From Sphacelaria rigidula (Eukaryota), in assembly GCA_964200075.2 (NCBI GenBank), contig CAXNAA020000015.1:1-37715 (forward strand): a stretch of 37,715 bases of DNA, given 5' to 3'. The position numbers were made by a program, and so were the translations under genes. The notes beneath the pieces were generated by a model. The model was not told the origin of the DNA. It saw only the letters and a program-made list of their open reading frames with translations, and made no database searches. Each line of letters starts with the position of its first letter. Within the stretch, counting starts at the first letter, position 1. This document shows positions 26,001-35,000 of the stretch, in pieces.

Positions 26001-29000
26001 GATAGTCCCGTGAGAGTGTCGATAGAATCGACGGCTGTCGACGGGCGAGACAACGCAGGATCGGCCGACGAGAACGCTACCGGTGACGAGACCAGTGTGG
26101 CCGATCCGGAGTCAGTGGCTGCTGCTTCGGTCAAGGCCGCCGCGACCGGGAGTGAGGTGGGGATGGGCGCCGCCTCGATATCCGAACGCGGGCAGATATC
26201 TGTTGTACAGGCGGACGATAAATTATTGACAGGCGCAGAGGTTGATGTATCCGCCCTGGCGGACATGACGACAGCTCCTGACACGAACGCTGATGAAGAT
26301 GGCCCGTCGCCGGAGACCGAGACAGTGGTTGATGTAATTGCCACCGGTCGCGTGGACGACTCCGATGCTGAGGGTGCAGCCATTGAAGTGATCGAGCAGC
26401 CGACCGCGGTGGATAGTCCCATGAGTGTTTCGATAGAATCGACTACTGTTGATAGGCAAGAGGAACTTGAATCGCCTGACCAGCGAGCTACCAGCGATGT
26501 GGCCGATGCGGCCGATCCCGAGTCGACGACCGCTGCTCCTGTCGGGGCGGCCGCGATCGGGGGCGAGGTGGAGATGGACGCAGCCGCCTCAGCACACGAG
26601 CAGGTGGCTGTGGCAGAGGCGGACGATATATTGTCGGTGGGCGCCAAGGTCGACGAATTCGCTATGGCGGACACGACGGTAGCTCCTCCCACTAACGCTG
26701 ATAGCGATGACCCGGCGTCGCGGATCGTGGCAGTGGTCAATGTAGGTTCTATTGATCTTGCGGACGACTCAGACGCTGAGGATGCAGCCCGCGAGGCCAT
26801 CCAGCAGCCTGTCACCGCGGTGGAAAGTCGCGCTGGCCCAGCGCCCGCGGCCAATGCAGTGGTTGATGTAATTGTCACCGGTCGTGTCGACGATCCGGGC
26901 GCCGAGGATGCAGCCCGCGAACCGCTCGAGCACCTGATCGCCGCGGTGGATAGTCGCGTGAGTGTTTCGGTAGAGTCGGCGGCTATTGCCGGACAGGAGA
27001 ACATAGTGTCAGCTGATCAGCAAGCTGCAGGTGATGAGAGCTGTGTGGCCGATCCGCAGTCGACGATCGCTGCTCCGTTCCAGGCGTCCATGACAGGGGG
27101 CGAGGTGGAGGTGGACGCCGCGGTATCCGCGCACGAGCAGGCGGCTGCAACAGAGGGACAAGATGAACGGGTGGTAAACGCAAAGGTCGACGAATCCGCC
27201 ATGGAGGACACGACGATAGCTCCCCTTACGAACGCTGACGAAGACGGCCCGGCGCCGGCGGCCGACGCAGGGATTGATGCAATTGCCACCGATCGTTTGG
27301 ACAGCCCGGACGCTGAGGGTGAAGGCCGCGAATCAACCGAGCAGCCTATTGCAGCGGTGGGTAGTCCCGCGGATGTTTCCATAGAGTCGACGGTTGTTGA
27401 CGGGCAAGACAACGCGAAAGTGGCTGATCCGCGAGAAAGCGGTTATGACGTCAGCGTGGCCGGTCCGGAGTCGACGATCGCTGCCCTGGTCGAGGTGGCT
27501 GCAAACCGAGGCAAGGTTGAGGTCGATGCCGCGGTATTCGGACACGAGCAGGCGGCTGCGGCAGAGGTAGAAGGCGAACGAGTGATAGACGCAGAGGTCG
27601 ATGAATCTACCATGGCGGGCACGACGACAGCCCCTCCCACGAACGCTGATGAATATGACCCAGCGCCGGCGGGCGACGCAGTGAATGATGAAATTGCCAC
27701 CTGTCGTATGGAAGACCCGGACGCTGAGGGTGCAGCCTGCCAACGAATCGCACAGCCAATCGCCGCAGTCAGTCGTCTTGTGAGTGTTTCGATAGACACG
27801 GCAGTTGTTGATGAGCAGGAGAACGTAGAATCGGCTGATCAGCAAGCTACCGGTGATGAGGCCAGTGTGGCCGATCCGGAGTCGACGACTGCTGCTACGG
27901 TCGATGCGACCGCAACCGGGGGCGAGGTGAAGTCGGACGCCGCCGCATCAGCACACGAGCAGGCGGTCGTTGCAGAGGGGGACGATATATTATCGGCAGA
28001 CGCAGAGGTCGTCGAATCTGGCATGGCGGACATGACGACAGCTCCTCCCCTGAATGCTGACGATGATGGCCCAGCTTCAGGGGCCGACGCAGTGGTTGAT
28101 GTAATTGCCACCGGTCGTGTGGACGACCCGGACGCTGAGGGTGCAGCCCGCGAGCCAATCGAGCAGCCGATCGCCGCGGTGGGTAGTTTCGCGAGTGTTT
28201 CCACAGAGTCAACGGCTGTTGACGGGCAGGAGAACGTAGCATCGACTGACCAGCAAGCTACCGGTGACGAGGCCAGTTTGGCCGATCCGCAGTCGATGAC
28301 TGCTGGCCGGGTCGAGGCGGCCGCCACCGGGGGCGAGGTGGATTCGGATGGCGCGGTATCCGAACACAAGGAAGTGACTGTGACAGGGGCGGACGATATA
28401 TTGTTAACAGGCGCAGAGGTCGATGAATCCGCCATGGCAGATACGACGACCGCTCCTCTCACGAACGCTGATGAAGATGGCCCAGCGCCGGCGGCCGAGG
28501 TAGTGATTGATGTAATTGCTACCGGTCGTGTGCACGATCTGGACGCTGAGGGTGAAGACCGCGAGACCATCAAGCACTCGCTCATCGTGGTGGGTAGTCC
28601 CGTGAATGTTTCGATGGAGTCGACGGCTGCTGACGGTCAGGAGAATGCAGGGTCGGCTGACCAGCAAGCTACCGGTGAAGAGGTTGGTGTGGCCGATCCG
28701 GAATCGACGATCGCTGCTACGGTTGAGGCGGCCGCGACCGGGGGCGAGGTTGAGGTGAACGTCGCGGTATCCGGACACGAACAGACGACTGTGGCAGGAG
28801 CGGAGTATGCATGGATGATAGGCCCAGAGGTGGACGAATGCGGCATGGCGGGCACGACGACAGCCCCTCCCACGAACGGCGACGAAACTGATCCGGTGCC
28901 GGCGACCGACGCAGTGGTTGATTCAATTGCAACCAGTCGCGTTGATTGCCCTTCCGCTGAGGGTGCAGGCAGCAAACCGATCGAGCAGCGGATCGCCGCG

Positions 29001-32000
29001 GTGAGTAGTCCCGTGAATGTTTCGATGGAGTCGACGGCTGATGACGGGCAGGAGAACACAGAATTGGCCGACCAGCAAGCTACCGGTGACGAGGCCAGTG
29101 TGGCCAATCCGGAGCCGGCGAGCGCTGCTCCGTTTGAGGCGGCCGCGACCGGGGCCGAGGTGGAGGTGGACGCCGCGGTATCCGGACATGAGCAGACGGC
29201 TGTGGCAGAGGCGGACGATGCACGGGTATACGGCGCAGAGGTCGACGAATCCACCATGGCATACACGACGACAGCTCCTCCCACGAATGGTGACGAAGAT
29301 AACCCGGCGTCGGGGGCCGACGCAGTGGTTGAAGTAATTGCCACCGGTCGTGTGGAGGACCCGGATGCTGAGGGTGCAGCCCGCCAGCCGATCGAGCAGC
29401 CGATCGTCGCGGTGGGTAGCCCCGCGAGCGTTTCGATAGAGTCGACGGCTGTTGACGGGCAGGAGAGCGTAAGATCGACTGACCCGCAAGCTACCGGCGA
29501 TGAGTTCAGTGTTGCAGATCCGCAGTCGACGATCGCTGCCCCGGTCGAGGCGGCCGCGATCGGGGGCGAGGTGGATTCGGATGGCGCGATATCCGGACAG
29601 AAGCAAGTGACTCTGGCAGGGGCGTACGATATATTGCTAACACGCACGGAATTCATGAAATCCGCCATGTCGGTCACGACGACAGCTCCTCTCACGAACG
29701 CTGATGAAGATGGCCCAGCGCCGGTGGCCGACGCAGTTGTTGATGTAATTGCCACCGCTCGTGCGGACGACCTGGATGCTGAGGGTGCAACCCTCGAACC
29801 TATCGAGCAGTCGATCGTCGCGGTGGGTAGTCCCGCGGGTGTTTCGGTAGTGTCAACGGCTGCTGACGGGCAGGAGGGCACAGGATTGGCTGACCAGCAA
29901 GCAAACGGTGATGAGGCCAGTTTGGCCGATCCAGAGTCGACGATTGCTGCTGCGGTCGAGGTGGCCGCGGCCAGGGGCGAGGTGGAAGTGGATGCCGTGG
30001 TATCCGGACACGAGCAGGCGGCTGTGGAAGAGGCGGACGATATAGTATCGGCAGGTGTGGAGGTCGATGAATCCGTCATGGCGGACACGACGACAGCTCC
30101 TACCACGAACGGCGACGAAACTGATCAGGCATCGGGGGCCGAAGTAGTGGTTGATGTGATTGCCACTGGTCGTGCGGACGACCCGGACGCTGAGGATACA
30201 GCCCACGAACCAACCGAGCAGCCGGTCGCCGCGGTGGGTAGTCCCGCGGGTGTTTCGGAAGCGTCGATGGCTGTTGACGGGCAAGAGAACACAGGATCGG
30301 CTGACCAGCAAGCTACCGATGACGAGGCCAATGTGACCAATCCGGCGTCGATGATCGCTGCTCCGGTCGAGGCGGCCGACGAGGTGGAAGTAGACGCCGC
30401 GGAATCTGGACACGAGCGGGCGGCCGTGGCAGAGGCGGAAGATGCACGAATGACCGGCGGAGAGGTCGACAAATTCACCATGGCGGACACGACGACAGCT
30501 CCTCACACGAACGGTGACGAAAATGCTCCGCCGTCGGGGGCCGAGGCAGTGGCAGGTATAATCGCTTTTGGTCGTGTGAACGACCCCGACTACAAGATTG
30601 AAGCCTACGAACCGATCGAACAGCCGATCATCACGGTAGGTAGTCCCGTATGTGCTTCTTTAAACGCGATGGCTGTTGAAGGGCAAGAGAACATCGGATC
30701 GGCTGACCAAGCTGCTGGCGATGCGACCACCGCCGTCGATCTAGAGTCTATGACTGCTGCTTCAGTCGAGGTCGCTGTGGCTAAGGGTGACGTGGAGGTG
30801 TGCGCCGCCGCACCAATACACCAGCAGGCGGCTGTCGTGGAGGTAGGCGATGTATTGTCGGCAGGCATAGTGATCGACAAATTTCCTGTGGTGCACATCA
30901 CTACGGCCTCTTCTCCGAAAGCTAATGAAGATAACCCAGCATCGCCGGCCGAGGCAGTAGTCCATGTAAGAGCCGCTGGTCGTGTGGACAACCTGGACGC
31001 TGAGGGTGAAGCTCTTGAATTGATTGAGCAGCCGATCGTCGCGGTGGATAATCCCGCGGGTGCTTTGATTGACGCGACGGCTGTTAGCGAGCACGAGAAC
31101 ATCAAACCGTGTCAGCAGCAGCCTACTGGCGATGAGGCCAGTGCCACAGTTCCGACTTCGACGACTGCTGCTTGGGTTGAGGCCGCCGCCACGGGGGGTG
31201 GGGTGAGGGTGGGCGCCGCCGCATCAGCACAAGAGCAGGCGGCTGTGGCAGAGGTGGACGACGTATTGTCAGCAGGCGCAGAGGTTGATGAATTCGCCAT
31301 CGCGGACACGACGACAGCTCCTCTCACAAACGCCAATGAAGATGACCCGGTACCGGCGGCCGAGGCAGTGGCCGTTTCAACTTCTTCTAGTGGGGTGGAC
31401 GACCCAGGCCGAGAGAGTGCAGCCCGCGAACCGATAGAGCAGTTGACCGCCGCGGTGGATAGTTCTGCGGGTGTTTCAACACAGGCAACGGTTGTTGACG
31501 ACCAAGAGAGCATAGAATCGCCTGATCAGCAAGCTACAGGCCATGCGGCCCGTGTAGCCGATCCGGAGTCGACAACTGCTGCCCCGGCCGAGGCGGCCAC
31601 GACCGGGGGCGAGGTGGTGGTGGACGTCGCGGTATCCGAACCCAAGCAGACGGTTGCAGTAGAGGTGGGAGATGTGCCAACGGTAGGCCCAGAGATAGAC
31701 GAATCCGCCATGGCGGACACGACGACAGCTGCTCCCACAGACCCTGATGAAGATGGTTCAGCGTCGGGGGCCGAGGGGGTGGTCGATGTAATTGCTACTG
31801 GTCGTGTGGACGACCCTGACGCTGAGAATGCAGCCTGCGAACCGATCGAGCAGCCGATCGTCGCGATGGATAGTCCCGTGAGTGTTTCGATGGAAGCGAC
31901 GGCTGATAATGGGCAAGAGAATATACAATCGGCTGACCAGCAAGCCACTGGAGATGTGGCCAGTGTGCCCAATCCAGAGTCGACGACTTCTGCTAAGGTA

Positions 32001-35000
32001 GAACCCGCCGCATTAGGACGCAAGCAGGCGACTGTCGCGGACACCGGCGATGTTCTGTCGGCAGGCATAGAGGTAGACGAAACCTCCGTGGTGCATATCA
32101 CCGCGGGCCCCTCCCCGAACGCCGATGAAGCTTGGCTAGCGTCTAGGGTCGAGACAGTGGCCGACGAACGTGCTGCAGATCGTGTGGACGACCCGGACGC
32201 TGAGAGTGTAACCTGCGAACCGATCAAGCAGCCGATCGTCGCGATGGATAGTCCCGTGAGGTTTTCGATGGAAGCGACGGCTGTTGGCTCGCAGGAGAAT
32301 GTACAATCGGCTAACCAGCAAGCTATTGGAGATGTGGTCAGGGCGCCCGACCCGGAGTCGACGACTTCTGCTCAGGTAGAGCCCGCCGCATTAGGACGCA
32401 AGCAGGCGACTGTCGTGGACGCCAACGATGTGCTGTCGGTAGGCGTAGAGGTAGACGAAACCTCCGTGGTGCATATCACCGCGGCCCCCTCCTCGAATGC
32501 CGATGAAGATGGCCTGGCGTGTGGGGCCAAGACAGGGGCCGACCAACGTGCTGTAGGTCGTGCGGACGACCCGGACGCTGAGGGTGCAGCCTGCGGACCG
32601 ATCGAGCAGCCGATCGCCACGATGGATAGTCCCGCACGTGCTTTCATAGAGACGATGACTATTGACGGGCAGGATAACATCGAATCGCGTCAGCAGCAAA
32701 CTGCTGGCGATGTGGTCAGTGCGGGCGATCAGGAGGCCATTACTGCTGCTTCCATCGAGGCCGCCGCGACCGGGGGTGAGGTAGAGGTGGGCGCCGCCCC
32801 ATCAGGACGCGAGCAGGCGGCTAATGCAGAGGCGGATGATGTGCTGTTGGCAGGTGCAGAGATCGACGAATCCGTCGTGGTGAAAATCACCACGGCCCCT
32901 TCCCCGAAAGCCGATGAAGATGGCCGGGTATCGCCGGCCAAGATAGTGGCCGACCAACGTACTGCTGACCGTGTGGAAGACCGGGACGCTGAGGGTGCAG
33001 CCCGCGCACCGATCGAGCAGCCAATCGCCGCGGTGGATAGTCCCGCGGGTGCTTTGACAGACGCGACGGCCGTTGACGGACAAGAGCATGTCGGGTCGTG
33101 TCAGCAGCAAGGTTCCGGCGATGTGGCCAGAGTGGCAGATCCGGAGTCGCCGGCCGCTGCTCCGGTCGAGGCCGCCGCGACCGGGGACCAGGTGGAAGTG
33201 GACGCCGCGGTATCCAGACACGAGCAGGCGGTTGTGGCAGAGGTGGAAGATGCGATGACAGCGGGCGCAAAAAATGACGAATCTGCCGTTGCGGACACGG
33301 CGACAGCTCCTCCCACGAACGCTGATGAAGATGAGCCGGCGTCCGCGGCTGAGGCAGCGGTCGATGTAAGCTCTTCTGATCATATGAACGACCCGGACGC
33401 TAAGGGTGGAGCCCGCGGACTGATCGAGCAGCCGGTCGCTGTAGCGGATAGTCCCGGGGGTGCTTCAGTAGACCCGACAGCTGTTGACGGGCAAGAGGAC
33501 GTAGGATCGGTTGACCAGAACGCTACCGGTGATGAGGCCAGTGCGACAGATCCGAAGTCGACGATTTCTGCTTCGATCGAGGCGGCTGCGACTAAGGGTA
33601 AGGTGGAGGTGGGTGACGCGGTATCTAGACACGAGCAGGCGGCTCTGACAGAGATGAAAGGTGCGCTAACGGCAGGCGCAGAGTTCGACGAATCCGACAT
33701 GGTGGACATCATCACGGTTCCCTCGACGACCGTTAAGGAAGATGACCTGGTGTCGGCGGCCAATGCTGTGGTCGATATAGGGGCTACTGGTCGTGTGGGC
33801 GACCTGGATTCTGAGGATGCCGCCCCTGAACTGATCGAGCAGCCGATCGCCGCGGTGGACCGTTCTGTGGGTGCTTTGAAAGAGGCGGCGAATGTTGACG
33901 GGCAAGAGAACGTCGGATCGCGTCAGCAGCAAACTGGTGATGAGGCCAGTGTGGCCGATCCGGAGTTGACGGCTGCTGCTCCGGTCGAGGTCGCCGCGAC
34001 CAAGGGTGATGTTGACACAGGGGTTGCCGAACCCGGACACGAGCAGGCGGCTGTCGCAGAGGCAGACGATGCACTGTCGCCAGGGGCGGAGGTCGACGAA
34101 TCTGTCGTGGCAGACACGACCACAGCTTCTTCCCCGAACGCTGATAGATATGGCCAGGTGTCGGCGGCCGAGACAATGGCTGGCGAAAGTGCTGATCGTC
34201 GTGTGCACGTCTCGAACTCGGAGGGTGCATCCCTTAGAAGGATCGAGCAGCCGATCGCCGCAGTTGATAGTCACATGGGTACCTCGATAGAGGCGACTGC
34301 TATAGACGGGGAAGAGAACGTCAGATCTCTCAACCACCGAGCTATTGCCAATGTCTTCAGTAAAACAGGTCCCGAGTCGGCAACCGTTTCTCCGAGCGGG
34401 GCCACCGCGACTGAGGGCAAGGTGGAAGTAGGAGCTGCCGCAGCTGGACGCGAGCAGGCGGTTGTCGCAGAGGCGGGCGATGTACTGTCTGCGAGCGCAG
34501 AGGTTGACGAATTTTCCATGGCCAACATGATCACGGCCTCAACTTCGAGCGCTGATGGGGATGGGCGGGCGTCAGCAGCCGAGGCAGCGGACGACGCAAG
34601 CACTACTGGTCGTGTGGACGACCCGGATGCTGGCGATCGAGCCCGCGAACTGATCGACCAGCCGATCGCCGCGGTGGATAGTCCCGTGAGTGCTTCGATA
34701 GGGGCGACGGCTGTCAAGGGGCAAGAAAGCATCGGATCGCCTCATTATCAAGCTACAGGCGATGTCGACCGTACGACCGATCCGGAGTCCAGGACTGCTG
34801 CTCCGGTCGAGGTCGTGGCGACCGGGGATGTGGTGGAATTGGACACCGCCGCATCTGAACACGAACAGGTGGCTATCGAAGAGGTGCTCGATGCATTGCC
34901 GGTAGGCGCTGAGACCGATGGCTCGATTGTGGTTGACACGATGAGAGCTTCTCTCTCGAGGGCTGATAAAGATGGCCGGGTATCGCCGGCCGAGGCAATG

